The notes beneath the pieces were generated by a model. It had not been told where the DNA came from. It saw only the letters and a program-made list of their open reading frames with translations, and searched no databases. Positions 20,807 to 31,270 of a DNA stretch of 64,000 nucleotides are shown piece by piece. How positions within the stretch are numbered: position 1 is the stretch's first letter; every line of letters starts with the position of its first letter. The stretch is from contig JANYBP010000032.1 in the NCBI GenBank assembly GCA_025360745.1, positions 2,574 through 66,573 of the forward strand, read 5' to 3'. A program made the translations under genes and the position numbers. This stretch comes from a bacterium (GTDB lineage: Bacteria > Verrucomicrobiota > Kiritimatiellia > CAIKKV01 > CAIYGI01).

Positions 20807-20981
20807 ATTCCGGCCCCACGAAATCGGCCCTCAAAAACTCAACCGCCTCGATCCGCCTTTGTGGCGATACACGAAGCCACTCAGCTCCGTCCGTGCGTTC
20901 GGTTTCAAGCGTCCGTATACGAGGTTTCCCCCGTTCGAACAGAAACGTTCCGTCTCGCAGCCGTTTACGGGCAACTTTCAT
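20757..20981 (-). CDS. Small basic ORF (about 74 aa from MKVARKRLRDG) overlapping the NTase start in the +1 frame. It may be a partner/antitoxin or may be spurious.
   Basis: The ORF sits in the 230-nt gap upstream of the NTase. Its 50-nt overlap with the NTase start is unusual. Confidence 0.2.
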   Translation of the reverse strand: MKVARKRLRDGTFLFERGKPRIRTLETERTDGAEWLRVSPQRRIEAVEFLRADFVGPEYATQRLSRFLGITRQA

Positions 20982-21042
20982 GGTCCAAGTCTCGCATAAC
21001 CAATCCGAACTCGCAAGGCCTCGCTGCGAGTCAGCGGAGAGT

Positions 21043-22503
21043 CTAGCGGCGGAAACGACCGCCGCCGCCAAAACTGCGGGCGCCGCCCTGTCCTGACGGA
21101 CGGCCACGGCCGCCACCACCATGTCCACCCCCGCGTCCGCCGCCGCCGCCGTATCCGCCGCCGCGCCCTTTGGGAGGCGGGCGGGCCGCGGCGCCGGTCG
21201 CATTGCGCGCCATTTCAGAATGGTAGTCGTGCGCGGCGTCAACCGGCACCGGCTGACGGATCAGACGCTCGATACTGCGCAGCATTTCCCGGTCGTGGGC
21301 GCAGCAGAAGGCCACGGCGTCGCCCTCCGCGCCGGCCCGCGCCGTGCGGCCGATGCGGTGAACGTAGGTCTCGGGTTCGAGCGGAAGGTCGTAATTGATC
21401 ACATGCGTAATGTCGTCCACGTCAATCCCGCGCGCCGCCAGATCGGTGGCGACCAGCACCCGTACGCGGCCGGCTTTGAACGCCGCCAAGGCCTGGGTGC
21501 GCGCACTCTGGCTCTTGTTGCCGTGAATAGCCTCCGCCGCGATGCCGGCCGCGGCCAGTTTCTCGACCACACGATTGGCCATGTGCTTCATCTGCGTGAA
21601 CACCAGCACCCTTTTGATCCTGGGATCGCGCAACAATTTCGTCAGCAAAGCGTCCTTGTCGCCCTTCTCGACAAACATGACCTTCTGCTGGATGCGCTCG
21701 ACAGCGGGATGCTCGGGCGCGATCGTGACATGCACTGGATCGCGCACCAGGCTGCGCGAAAGGGTCAAGACCTCGTTCGTCAGGGTGGCCGAGAAAAACA
21801 GCGACTGCCGCCGCGCGGGCAGCGCCGCGATCACCTTGCGCACGTCGTGAATGAAGCCCATATCGAGCATGCGGTCGGCCTCGTCCAGCACGAAAATCTC
21901 GATTCCGTCCAGCCGCACGCAACGCTGCTGCATCAGATCCAGTAAACGCCCCGGCGTGGCGACGACGATGTCCACGCCGTGCCGCAGCGCGCTGACCTGC
22001 GGTCCCTGCCCCACGCCTCCGAAGATCACCGTATGCGTAAGCCGCAAATAGCGCCCGTAAGCGCGCAGGCTTTCACCGATCTGCGCCGCCAGTTCGCGCG
22101 TCGGCGCCATAATCAAGGCCCGCGGACGGCTGCGCGTCACACCGCCCGGCTGTTGCGCCAGATGCTGGAGCAAAGGCAGCGCGAAGGCCGCCGTCTTGCC
22201 CGTGCCGGTTTGCGCGCAACCTAAAATATCGCGCCCGGCCAGCAGAGGCGGAATCGCCTGCGTCTGAATGGGCGTGGGAATGGTATAGCCTTCCTCGGCC
22301 ACCGCCCGCTGTAAGGCCGGCATCAACTCCAGAAAACCGCCATGCAAGGCCGGGTTAGCCGCAACCTGCGCGTGAACCGCGACATGGGCGGATGGCGCAT
22401 GACCGGCGCTGTGCGGAGGATGCGCGGGTGCGTGATGATGCGCTGCGGCCGCCGACGCTGGGACGGCATGAGAGGGCAATACGGAGTGCGATGAGGTCGG
22501 CAT
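21043..22503 (-). CDS. DEAD-box ATP-dependent RNA helicase (RhlE/DeaD-like) with a C-terminal RGG/Gly-rich tail
   Basis: The Q-motif (GYTIPTPIQ), Walker A ([11 protein letters not shown]), DEAD box ([13 protein letters not shown]), SAT and HRIGRTAR motifs are all present. The N-terminal His/Ala-rich extension may not be translated. Confidence 0.85.
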   Translation of the reverse strand: MPTSSHSVLPSHAVPASAAAAHHHAPAHPPHSAGHAPSAHVAVHAQVAANPALHGGFLELMPALQRAVAEEGYTIPTPIQTQAIPPLLAGRDILGCAQTGTGKTAAFALPLLQHLAQQPGGVTRSRPRALIMAPTRELAAQIGESLRAYGRYLRLTHTVIFGGVGQGPQVSALRHGVDIVVATPGRLLDLMQQRCVRLDGIEIFVLDEADRMLDMGFIHDVRKVIAALPARRQSLFFSATLTNEVLTLSRSLVRDPVHVTIAPEHPAVERIQQKVMFVEKGDKDALLTKLLRDPRIKRVLVFTQMKHMANRVVEKLAAAGIAAEAIHGNKSQSARTQALAAFKAGRVRVLVATDLAARGIDVDDITHVINYDLPLEPETYVHRIGRTARAGAEGDAVAFCCAHDREMLRSIERLIRQPVPVDAAHDYHSEMARNATGAAARPPPKGRGGGYGGGGGRGGGHGGGGRGRPSGQGGARSFGGGGRFRR

Positions 22504-22809
22504 ATCAGGTCCTTAGTCCGGCAAGTTGCAAATCGAGCCCCCGCCGGACATGTGGACAGGAACGTTCTGAATACACTCCCGGACCTGACAAGGCCAACGG
22601 GAATCCTTCATCGGAATCAGGCGTCGAGTCCAATCACACAAGGGAGATGAAAAGCGAGACGTCCAACATTTCAGAAGCAAGAAATATACACCCGCGCTCC
22701 CACCCTGTCAATTACGGATTTGGCCGACCGCGTAACGCGCTTGACGCGGGCGGGCGGCGGCGGCATTCTACTCGCTATCGAACACGCACCAAAAAGCGCG
22801 GGAAGGGAG

Positions 22810-23910
22810 ATGGGACAGATGTTTCCATTGGCAAGGATATTAACCGAGGCGGTCTCCGCCGGCGCTTCGGACATACATTTCAAGTTGCGTCAGCCGCCCT
22901 TCATCCGCGTGCTGAGCAAACTTATCGAGACAAACTGTCCATCGCTCACGGCCGAGGATTTGAACGATATCCTGGGACAAATTCTGCCGCCGCATTTGCG
23001 CGAGACCTTCAAGACGGCACATGAAGCGGACTTTTCGCACGAAATCGAAGGCGTGGCCCGCTTTCGCGTCAACGCCTTCGTGGCGCAGGGCATTCCGACG
23101 CTGGCCATACGCCACGTCAAAACCGACATCCCCACGATCGAGGAACTGCATCTGCCGGCACAGTTCAAAAAGCTGGCCGCGTCCCCGCGTGGCATCATCA
23201 TTGTCTGCGGCGCCACCGGCAGCGGCAAATCCAGCACGCTGGCCGCGATTATCGACGAAATCAATCTGGGCGAACGGCGCCGCATTATCACGGTCGAGGA
23301 TCCCATCGAGTACTTTTTTACCGACAAGCAGTCGTTGATCACCCAGCGCGAGGTCGGCATGGACACCGATAGCTTTCAAGGCGCCCTCGTGCGCGTCCTG
23401 CGGCAAAACCCGGACGTGATCATGATCGGCGAAATGCGCGACGAGTCCAGCTTCCGCACCGCCATCACCGCCGCCGAGACGGGTCACGTGGTCATCACCA
23501 CGCTGCATAGTTCGTCCGCCGCTTCGGCGATCAACCGCATTCTGCAATTCTTCCCGCCCTCCGAATGGATGCAACTGCGCATGACACTCGCCAACACGCT
23601 GAGGGCCGTGGTCTGTCAGCGGTTGTTGCGCGGCGCGCAGGGCGGTTTGGTTCCGGCGGTGGAAATCATGATCAACACTCCGACCGTCCGCAAGCTGATC
23701 GAACAGGATAAACTCGAAATCCTCCCCGCCGCCATCGAAACCGGCGTTGAAGACGGCATGCAGACCTTCAATCAGGCCATCTACCAGTTGATCAAGAGCG
23801 GAACTGTCAGTCAGGAGGAAGGGATGCGTTATGCCACCAATCCCGGACAGCTCAGCATGAACCTCAAGGGCATCTTTCTCGATGAAGCCCGCAGGATTCT
23901 CGCCACGTGA
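22810..23910 (+). CDS. pilT: Type IV pilus retraction ATPase PilT
   Basis: Walker A is GATGSGKSST. The PilT-specific region (AIRHVKTDIPTIEEL) and the His box (HVVITTLHSS) are present. Start assigned at MGQMFPL. Confidence 0.85.
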   Translation: MGQMFPLARILTEAVSAGASDIHFKLRQPPFIRVLSKLIETNCPSLTAEDLNDILGQILPPHLRETFKTAHEADFSHEIEGVARFRVNAFVAQGIPTLAIRHVKTDIPTIEELHLPAQFKKLAASPRGIIIVCGATGSGKSSTLAAIIDEINLGERRRIITVEDPIEYFFTDKQSLITQREVGMDTDSFQGALVRVLRQNPDVIMIGEMRDESSFRTAITAAETGHVVITTLHSSSAASAINRILQFFPPSEWMQLRMTLANTLRAVVCQRLLRGAQGGLVPAVEIMINTPTVRKLIEQDKLEILPAAIETGVEDGMQTFNQAIYQLIKSGTVSQEEGMRYATNPGQLSMNLKGIFLDEARRILAT

Positions 23911-24779
23911 CGCCGGATTCCATCCCCACCCCGCCGGGCGCCGCCGCGACCAACGGCCCCTCGAAACCCGAGGCGTTGCTGCTGATCGCCGGCAACGGGC
24001 GCTATCCGCTGGATCTGGCCGCCGCCGCCAAGGCCCAGTGTGTGCGGCGCCTCTGCGTGATCGCCCTGCGCGGCGAAACCACGCGCGCCATCGGCCGCCT
24101 GGCGGACGAAATCCATTGGTTGCCGCTGGGCAAGTTTCAGCTCCTGCTCGACACGGTCCAGGCCACCGGCATCGCCCACGCCGTGATGGCAGGCCAGGTG
24201 ACGCCGACCGCTGTTTTCCGGCTGGCCTTCATGATGGACCAGCGGCTGCGCGCCCTGGTGGCGCGCCTGCCGGCGATTAACGCGCATACCGTTTTCCCCG
24301 CCATCGCCGACGAACTGCGCGGCGTCGGGGTCGAACTGCTGCCGGCATACCTATTCATGGAATCGAAAATGCCGGCGGCCGGCACACTCACCGCGCTGGC
24401 CCCGACAGACGCGCAGACGCGGGATATCCGACTGGGATTGCGCGCGGCCAAACTGACCAGCAGCCTCGAAATCGGCCAGACCGTGGTCGTCAAAAACGGC
24501 GCGATCCTCGCCGTCGAAGCCTTTGAAGGCACGGACGCCGCCATCCGGCGCGCGGGCAAACTCGGCGGCGCGGGCGCGGTGGTGGTCAAGGTGGCCAAGC
24601 GCGGCCACGACATGCGCTTCGACATTCCCGTGGTCGGCCTGCGCACCCTGCGCAGCCTGCGCCGCGCCGGCGCCGGCGCGCTGGCCATCGAAGCCGGCCG
24701 CACGATTATGCTGGAACGCGAAAACTTCCTGCGTGGCGCCGAACGCGCGGGCATTTGCGTCGTCGCAGTGGAGGCTTAG
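23907..24779 (+). CDS. lpxI: UDP-2,3-diacylglucosamine pyrophosphatase LpxI (DUF1009 family)
   Basis: 290 aa. The collinear LpxI motifs are present (LLLIAGNGRYP ... GQTVVVKNGAILAVEAFEGTDAAIRRAG). Its GTG start overlaps the pilT stop, and it lies upstream of lpxB. Confidence 0.7.
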   Translation: MTPDSIPTPPGAAATNGPSKPEALLLIAGNGRYPLDLAAAAKAQCVRRLCVIALRGETTRAIGRLADEIHWLPLGKFQLLLDTVQATGIAHAVMAGQVTPTAVFRLAFMMDQRLRALVARLPAINAHTVFPAIADELRGVGVELLPAYLFMESKMPAAGTLTALAPTDAQTRDIRLGLRAAKLTSSLEIGQTVVVKNGAILAVEAFEGTDAAIRRAGKLGGAGAVVVKVAKRGHDMRFDIPVVGLRTLRSLRRAGAGALAIEAGRTIMLERENFLRGAERAGICVVAVEA

Positions 24780-24786
24780 GCGGGAA

Positions 24787-24830
24787 GTCGGAGGGCTGAG
24801 GTCGGAGGTCAGAAGTCTGAGGTTTTGAGG
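24787..24830. repeat. Heptanucleotide tandem array GTCRGAG/GGTCGGA x6 immediately upstream of the oxidoreductase start
   Basis: This is the same heptamer family as 9131..9236, in mRNA-sense orientation (gtcggagggctgaggtcggaggtcagaagtctgagg). It contains repeated GGAGG. Confidence 0.8.
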
Positions 24831-24841
24831 ATGGTGGTGGT

Positions 24842-25819
24842 ATGACAGAAGCAAACAAAACGGTTCGGGTTCCGGTGGGCGTGGTGGGGGTCGGGAGTCT
24901 TGGGCAGTGGCATGCGCGGGTTTACAGCGAAATTCCCGACGCCGAACTGGTCGGGGTTTACGACATCAATACCGCGCGCGCTGCCGAGATCGCCGCGCGC
25001 TATCAGACGCGCGTCTTTCCCACCATCGCCGATCTGGCCGACGCCGTACGGGCCGCCAGCGTGGTCGTTCCACCCGCCCAGCATGCCGCCGCCACGCTCG
25101 AACTGATGGCCCATGGCGCGCATGTGCTGGTCGAGAAACCGATCGCCGCCTCGCTCCCCGACGCCGAGGCCATGATTCGCGAGGCCCGCGCGCGCCGCCT
25201 CATTCTACAGGTCGGACACGTCGAGCGTTTCAACCCGGTGCTGGACTACCTGCATGGCATACTCAACCAGCCGCGCTACATCGAGGCCATCCGTCTGGCC
25301 AATTATCCGCCCCCCCGCCCCGGCCTGCCGCCACGCGGCACGGAGGTTGGCGTGGTTTACGACATGATGATCCACGATCTCGAAATCATCCTGCATCTGG
25401 TGGCCTCGCCGGTGGTGGACATCCAGGCGGTCGGCGTGCCGGTTCTAAGCGCCGCCGAGGACCTGGCCAATGTGCGGCTCAAATTCGCCAACGGTTGCGT
25501 GGCCAACATCACCGCCAGCCGCATCAGTTTCGAACGCACGCGCAAAATCCGCGTCTTCCAGCCGGACACCTATGTCTCGCTGGACTATGGCGCGCAATCC
25601 GGCAAACTCTACCGCAAAGTCGGCATGGCGATCACCGGCGGCGATGTGCCGATCGAAAAAGAAGAACCGCTGGTGCGCGAACTTACGCACTTCGTGGAAT
25701 GCGTGCGCACCGGCGCCGCGCCCTTTGTGGGCGGCGAGCAGGCTCTGGCCGCCCTCAAACTCGCCGCGGCGATCTGCGACGAAATCCGCCGCAATCTGCC
25801 CACAACCGTTCCCGCATGA
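24842..25819 (+). CDS. Gfo/Idh/MocA family NAD(P)-dependent oxidoreductase
   Basis: Rossmann motif VGVVGVGSLGQWHARVY. The EKP motif (VLVEKPIA) and the GHVERFNP family signature are present. Confidence 0.8.
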   Translation: MTEANKTVRVPVGVVGVGSLGQWHARVYSEIPDAELVGVYDINTARAAEIAARYQTRVFPTIADLADAVRAASVVVPPAQHAAATLELMAHGAHVLVEKPIAASLPDAEAMIREARARRLILQVGHVERFNPVLDYLHGILNQPRYIEAIRLANYPPPRPGLPPRGTEVGVVYDMMIHDLEIILHLVASPVVDIQAVGVPVLSAAEDLANVRLKFANGCVANITASRISFERTRKIRVFQPDTYVSLDYGAQSGKLYRKVGMAITGGDVPIEKEEPLVRELTHFVECVRTGAAPFVGGEQALAALKLAAAICDEIRRNLPTTVPA

Positions 25820-27000
25820 ACAAACCGCCACGGATTCTCCTGATCGCGGGCGAGGTCTCGGGCGACATGCGCGCGGCGGAGCTTGTGCGCGCGCTGCGGA
25901 AGCTGCATCCCGATGTGGAAATCTTCGGCATCGGCGGCGACAATCTGCGCGCGGCGGGCATGGAAATCGTTTACGACGTGCGCGACACCGCGGTCCTCGG
26001 ATTGTTCGAGGTGCTGCGCCGCTACCGTTTTCTGCGGCGCATGTTTAACGATCTGCTGCGCCTGGCCCGCACCCGGCAGCCCGACCTGGCGCTGCTGGTG
26101 GACTATCCCGGTTTCAACCTGCGCTTCGCCCGCCGCGCGCATGCGCTCGACCTGCGAGTCGTTTATTATATCTGTCCCCAGGTCTGGGCCTGGCACCGCG
26201 CGCGCATTCCCGAAATGGCGCGCAATGTGGACCGCCTGCTGACTATTTTCCCCTTCGAACCCGCCGTTTTCGCCGGTACACCGCTGCGCGTGGAGTTCGT
26301 CGGCCATCCCCTGGTGGACGAAACCCGCGCCGCACGCGAGGCCGGCGCGAAAGCGGAAAGCGGAGAGCGGATTAATGAGGAGCATCCGTCGCGCGCGCCG
26401 CGTATCGCGCTGCTGCCCGGCAGCCGGCGTCAGGAGATAGAAAACATCCTCCCGGCGCTCGCCGCCGCCGCCAACCGGCTGGCCCGGCAATATCCGCGGG
26501 CGGACTTCAGCATTGCCGCGCCGTCGGAGGAAGTGGCCGTAATTGCGCGCCGCGTGTTGGCGCGCTGCGCCGCCGGAGCGGCGCGGCTGAACGTGGTGGC
26601 GGGACGCACGCGCGAAATTTTAGGCCAGGCCGACGCCGCCTGGGTGGCCTCGGGCACGGCCACAATCGAGGCCGCGATGATGAATTGCCCCATGGTGGTG
26701 GTTTACCGGACCCATTGGACAACCTATCTGCTCGGCCGTTGCCTGATCCGCGTGCCCTTCCTGGGCATGGTCAACGTGATCGCCGGCCGCGCCCTATGTC
26801 CGGAACTGATTCAGCAAAACTGCACTCCGGTGCGTTTGGTGCAGGCCATCAAACCGTTGCTAACGCCGTCTCCCCAACGCGACGCCATGCGCTCCGGCCT
26901 GGCCGAAATACGCCAGGCCCTCGGCGGCGGCGGCGCCGCCGACCGCGCCGCGGCGGCGGTGGCGGAAGAACTCGCCCACGCCAGCGCTAAGCGCGCTTAA
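25817..27000 (+). CDS. lpxB: Lipid-A-disaccharide synthase LpxB
   Basis: 394 aa from MNKPPRILLIAGEVSGD. It has the LpxB GT-B fold motifs (DYPGFNLR, ICPQVWAWH). Its ATG overlaps the oxidoreductase stop. Confidence 0.85.
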
Positions 27001-27229
27001 CATCAAGCGGGCCAGGCCGCAGGCAAGAAAATATTTGGGCGCAATCCCGGTCACGCAAACTTGTGGTGGAAAATATTTGGGTTCGGTCCTTTATACAGAT
27101 GGCACAATCAATGGCCCGAAGGAGAACCTGAATGAGCGCGCAAAGACCGAAAGAGGGACAAAAGCGACCAAAAGGACATAAACTTTATGTCACTTGTGTC
27201 CCTTCCGTCCCTTCCCTGGAGGCCACCGC

Positions 27230-27795
27230 ATGAGCTCAGGCTTCATTCCCCCTCACGGTGGTTACCAGGACCTTCTCTCATTCCAAAAGTCCCAGATTGT
27301 TTTCGACGCCACGGTGCGGTTCTGTGACCGCTTCTTCGACCACCGCGACCGCACGCACGGCCAAATGGTGCAAGCCGCGCGTTCCGGGAAGCAAAACATC
27401 GTCGAGGCAGCATGGCTTCGGGAACATCGAAGGAATCGGAGATCAAGCTCACGAACGTTGCCCGCGCCAGTTTGGAAGAACTGCTCACCGATTACCGCGA
27501 TTTTCTGCGCCTGCGCGGGTTGCAGGAATAGCCCCGGGATCACCGCTACGTGAAGCGGTTACAGACGCTGAACCGGCAACCCGAGGCCAACTACGAGACG
27601 TTCAAGAAAGGCATCGAGCACGAAGACCCGGCCATCCGCGCCAACGTGATTATCGGACTGATCAAACTGACCAATTACCTGCTCGATCACCAAATCCGGC
27701 AGCTTGAAAAAGCATTCCTGTCCCAAGGCGGCTTGCGCGAACGCATGACACAGGCACGGCTGGCCGAGCGCGTCAAGGGGAAACGCCCGTTGTGA
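27230..27795 (+). pseudogene. Four-helix-bundle protein (23S rRNA intervening-sequence protein family) with C-terminal suffix domain, disrupted by one frameshift and one in-frame TAG
   Basis: Frame 1 reads MSSGF..QMVQAARSGKQNIVEAA (4HB family NIAEG motif region). After about 27405 a +1 shift gives SKESEIKLTNVARASLEELLTDYRDFLRLRGLQE. A TAG at about 27529 is followed in the same frame by PRDHRYVKRLQTLNRQPEANYETFKKGIEHEDPAIRANVIIGLIKLTNYLLDHQ... Confidence 0.5.
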
Positions 27796-28591
27796 ACCTG
27801 TATGCCGGGTGGTCTGGTAGTGGGAGGTAGTCTTGACAATTCAGTTCCTGGGAGTCAATTGGCACCTCAAAATTTTCTGCTTCTGATGTGTTTCCCTGTC
27901 TGAGTTGTGACGATGACTTGAAACTGGGAACAGACGAGACTGGCTGCTACATCGCGCACGGTCCAGTGAATCCGTCGCGATGTTTCTGGGTCGAGCACTC
28001 CTGGTAATCCGAGATTATCAACTTCGGGGGGGGAGACTTCATTGTCTCCCATTTCCCGAATCCCCTTTTGTATCTGAAGCGAAGAACAACGCCTTGAATC
28101 GGGATGGGGCGGAGAGTGCGGTTGGTGATTCTGAAATCCAAACTGGTTCCGCCCGGAATTCGATCAATTGTGATGCGCTGTTGACGATCGCGAAGCAAGA
28201 TCCACCCATTGATCACGCCGAGGAGTGTCCCCACTCCCGCGCCGAGTTGCGTCCATGGAATATTCATTATGGTTCCCGCCTTTATCGTCTGCCTTCACCG
28301 GACGTTAACCAACAGCGGGTTCACGATACGGTGGATGCCATACCGCGTATCGCGCTATTGGCAATTCCCTTGAATCACGATCCGGTATTCCTCGGGGGCC
28401 TCGACAGCCTTCGATATGGGGAGACTACCATTCCATTTCGACTGGTTCAACGAATGAACTTCCGCTTGCAGTTGTTCAGAGGCTCTCGCACCGAGGATTA
28501 CCCCAGTGATGCAGTTTCTCGGGAGTGGAAAGAAGAAATTTGGACCGTCCTGTTGGCAGGAACCTTTGTGAAAGATGTGGCGGAGAGGCGG

Positions 28592-29059
28592 TCACAAGCG
28601 CCGGGTGAACAACCGCATGTCAAAAGCGAATGGCTCAGACTTGCCGATGGCGATGCGCTTGAAGTCCGGATGCGCGGGGTTGAGGAGGTAGTTGGGCTCT
28701 CCGGGAATGATGATGCTCGGCACTTCAAGCACGGCCGACCGTGCTTCCCGCACCCAGATATCGCCAATCGCCTTGGTCGACGGCGCCGGAGGTTCGACCT
28801 GCCAGTTCGCGGGAATCGTGTTTAGCGGCACTCTTTCGATTAACTCATCGTCGAACTGGATGCGAAACGCGACATACCTGAAAAAGACGGGCGGGTTCAG
28901 ATGCACCAAGGTTTCCAGCGCAGCGAGGGATTTGGTGCTGCTCGCGTAGACGGCCAGCACCCCTCGCGAGTTCCAGCGGCCACCAGTCTTGGCCGCGCCT
29001 TCACCAGAGAGCGCCGTTGTGACGTGCTTCGCCTTCACGATACGCCAGGCTTCGGGCAT
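28592..29059 (-). CDS. RES-domain toxin (ParT/MbcT-like NAD+-targeting toxin family)
   Basis: 155 aa. It has the GGRWNSRGVLAVYAS Arg...Ser core and conserved Glu. Its start overlaps the upstream antitoxin stop. Confidence 0.8.
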   Translation of the reverse strand: MPEAWRIVKAKHVTTALSGEGAAKTGGRWNSRGVLAVYASSTKSLAALETLVHLNPPVFFRYVAFRIQFDDELIERVPLNTIPANWQVEPPAPSTKAIGDIWVREARSAVLEVPSIIIPGEPNYLLNPAHPDFKRIAIGKSEPFAFDMRLFTRRL

Positions 29060-29571
29060 CAGGAATATACCCCGTATTCAATGCGGCCGAGCAGGTCTTC
29101 GACTTCGCGGGCGCCGGCTTCTGTCTCGGCATAGTCCAGCGGCACTGCGCCACCCAAGCCAAATTGCGTCGAGGTCAGCCAATTGCGGGCGTTCTCCGTG
29201 GACTCCAAGACTTCGACGGCTTTACCCATTAACCGGGCAAAGCGCACGACACGGTCGGATTCGGCAGGCGCGAGTTTCCCTCTCGCTTTCCGGCGTTGGA
29301 GCGTGGCCTTGGATATCCCGAGCATTGGGACGAGTTGCGCCATCGGTACATTGAGACTCACCTGTAGCGCGTCCAACTCCCGAACCGGCAGTCCACACTG
29401 AATCGCCCGAATCAGTTTAGACGGGGCTAGCGTAGTGGCCACGAGACCACGAACCCAACCGTTGACTACACCGCCCTCGGGCTTCGTAGCGCTCCAGTGG
29501 ACCCCTCTGCGGCGGACGCTCACCTGACCAGAGGATTTTTTCGACGGTTGCTTCGTCAAGGTTGTGTTCAT
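29059..29571 (-). CDS. Xre-like antitoxin (DUF2384/ParS/MbcA family) for the RES toxin
   Basis: 170 aa. The C-terminal ARNWLTSTQFGLGGAVPLDYAETEAG is the conserved toxin-binding domain of this antitoxin family. Confidence 0.75.
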   Translation of the reverse strand: MNTTLTKQPSKKSSGQVSVRRRGVHWSATKPEGGVVNGWVRGLVATTLAPSKLIRAIQCGLPVRELDALQVSLNVPMAQLVPMLGISKATLQRRKARGKLAPAESDRVVRFARLMGKAVEVLESTENARNWLTSTQFGLGGAVPLDYAETEAGAREVEDLLGRIEYGVYS

Positions 29572-29611
29572 TTGAGGCTATTTATAGCCTCATCTGAGAT
29601 AGATGTCAACT

Positions 29612-31258
29612 CTACATCCTGACATAACCAGGGCCGCCGCCGCCTTCGGGAGGGGTCCATTCGATGTTGCGCAGCGGATCCTTGATCTGGCATGTCTTGC
29701 AGTGCAGGCAATTCGAGAAATCGATGTGGATGCCCTGTTTATCGTCCTTCAGCACGTAGACCTGGGCCGGGCAGAAAAGCGTACACGGCGCGCCAAATTT
29801 CCGGATGCAAATTTTGCACTTTTCGGGATCGGGAATCTTCAGGTGGCAGGGCTGGTTCTCCTCATGGTGGGTCTTCGAAAAGAAGACATCCGAGAGTTTA
29901 TCCAGTTGCAGGTTGCCTTCCTCCGGGCCGGCCTTCGCCGGCAGTTCGCAGTGCTTGACGGCTGAAAGGGGCTTCATCGCCTCCCGGTCGGCTTCGAGCG
30001 CCATGCGGCCGGGCGGCAGCAGCCCGCCGCTGAAGGTGCTCATGCCGACCGCCATCATGCCGGGGATGGAACCGTATCGGAAGGATGCACGGACATTTTT
30101 GATCTTTCTCAGTTCCTTCCATGCGACCGACTGCTGCAGCCGCTCGGGATACTTCATCAGCGCGGCACGGGACATGTCGTCGTTCTTCCAGCACTCGTAA
30201 AGGGTATCGCCGGCGGAAATACCGGACTGCACGGCCAGGTGTACGCCCTTGAGGCGCAGTGAATTGCAGAGGCCGCCGGCGTCGCCCACGATAATCGCAC
30301 CGTCGGCGACGAGTTCTGGCGCCGAGTTGAAGCCGCCTTCCGGCAGCACCTTGGCGCCGTATTCAAGCACCTTCCCGCCGACGATGAATTTGAGAACGTC
30401 GGGATGATGCTTGAAGTGCCGGAACATGTCGTGCGGATTGAGGGTGGGATTCCGGTAATCGAGCGCCGTCACCATGCCGACCGCGGTGAGGGTGTCGCTC
30501 AGGCAGTAAACGAAGCCGCCGCCGTAGGTCAGCGTATCCAGCGGATAGCCGAAGGTGTGCATGATCGTGCCGGCCATGCCTTTGCGTTCGGGTGTTTCGA
30601 TCAACTCCTTGACGCCCACGGCATAGGTCTGGGGATTCGCTCCGGACAGCTTGTCCTGTTCGATCAGTTTTTCTGTCAGGTACCCGCAGGCGCCTTCGCC
30701 GAGAACCACCACCCGGCCCAGCAGATCGGGCCCCTGCTCGTAGTTGGAGCGCTTCTCCCCGTTCTTGTCCAGACACTTGTCGCCGATGCGCACGCCCGTG
30801 ACACGCCCGTTTTCGCGCAGGAGTTCGACCGCCGAAAAGCCGCCGAAGATTTCGGCGCCGGCCTTTTCGCACAAACCGGCCAGGTATTTGGTCACGGCGG
30901 ACAACGAGACGATCGGAAAACCTTCCGCCTGCATCTGTGGCGGCACCCAGGGGACGCGCAGCGATCCGTTGGCCGTCAGGAAACGGAAACTCTCTTCCTT
31001 AACGGTGGCAAATCGCGGCAGCGCGGAAAATTCATCGAGATTCAGCAGATCGGCCAGCGTCTCCGTATCCACAACTGCGCCCGACAGAACATGATTGCCG
31101 ATGTTGGCCGCCTTGTCTATGATCAGCACGGTGGGCGGGGTTTTCGCCGGGGAAGAACGATCGTCCTTGACGCGTTTCAGCAAACGCAGCACGGTCGCCA
31201 AAGTTGCCACGCCACAGCCCACACAGACGATATCGAACGACATGCTATCACGTTGCAC
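29612..31258 (-). CDS. Electron-transfer flavoprotein:ubiquinone oxidoreductase (ETF-QO / FixC-like)
   Basis: 548 aa. The FAD motif (DIVCVGCGVATLATVL) is N-terminal. The C-terminal 4Fe-4S ferredoxin motif (CPAQVY...CLHCKTCQIKDP) is present, and size fits. Confidence 0.8.
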   Translation of the reverse strand: MQRDSMSFDIVCVGCGVATLATVLRLLKRVKDDRSSPAKTPPTVLIIDKAANIGNHVLSGAVVDTETLADLLNLDEFSALPRFATVKEESFRFLTANGSLRVPWVPPQMQAEGFPIVSLSAVTKYLAGLCEKAGAEIFGGFSAVELLRENGRVTGVRIGDKCLDKNGEKRSNYEQGPDLLGRVVVLGEGACGYLTEKLIEQDKLSGANPQTYAVGVKELIETPERKGMAGTIMHTFGYPLDTLTYGGGFVYCLSDTLTAVGMVTALDYRNPTLNPHDMFRHFKHHPDVLKFIVGGKVLEYGAKVLPEGGFNSAPELVADGAIIVGDAGGLCNSLRLKGVHLAVQSGISAGDTLYECWKNDDMSRAALMKYPERLQQSVAWKELRKIKNVRASFRYGSIPGMMAVGMSTFSGGLLPPGRMALEADREAMKPLSAVKHCELPAKAGPEEGNLQLDKLSDVFFSKTHHEENQPCHLKIPDPEKCKICIRKFGAPCTLFCPAQVYVLKDDKQGIHIDFSNCLHCKTCQIKDPLRNIEWTPPEGGGGPGYVRM

Positions 31259-31270
31259 GGCAAATACTCC

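Noticed and set aside
24907-25816. N-terminal 300 aa of the 697-aa ORF that fuses into lpxB
   Set aside because: It is an out-of-frame overlap of the Gfo/Idh/MocA gene. LpxB starts at the MNKPP Met at 25817.
27980-28825. 281-aa plus-strand ORF
   Set aside because: It overlaps the RES toxin gene on the opposite strand and has a non-protein-like composition.
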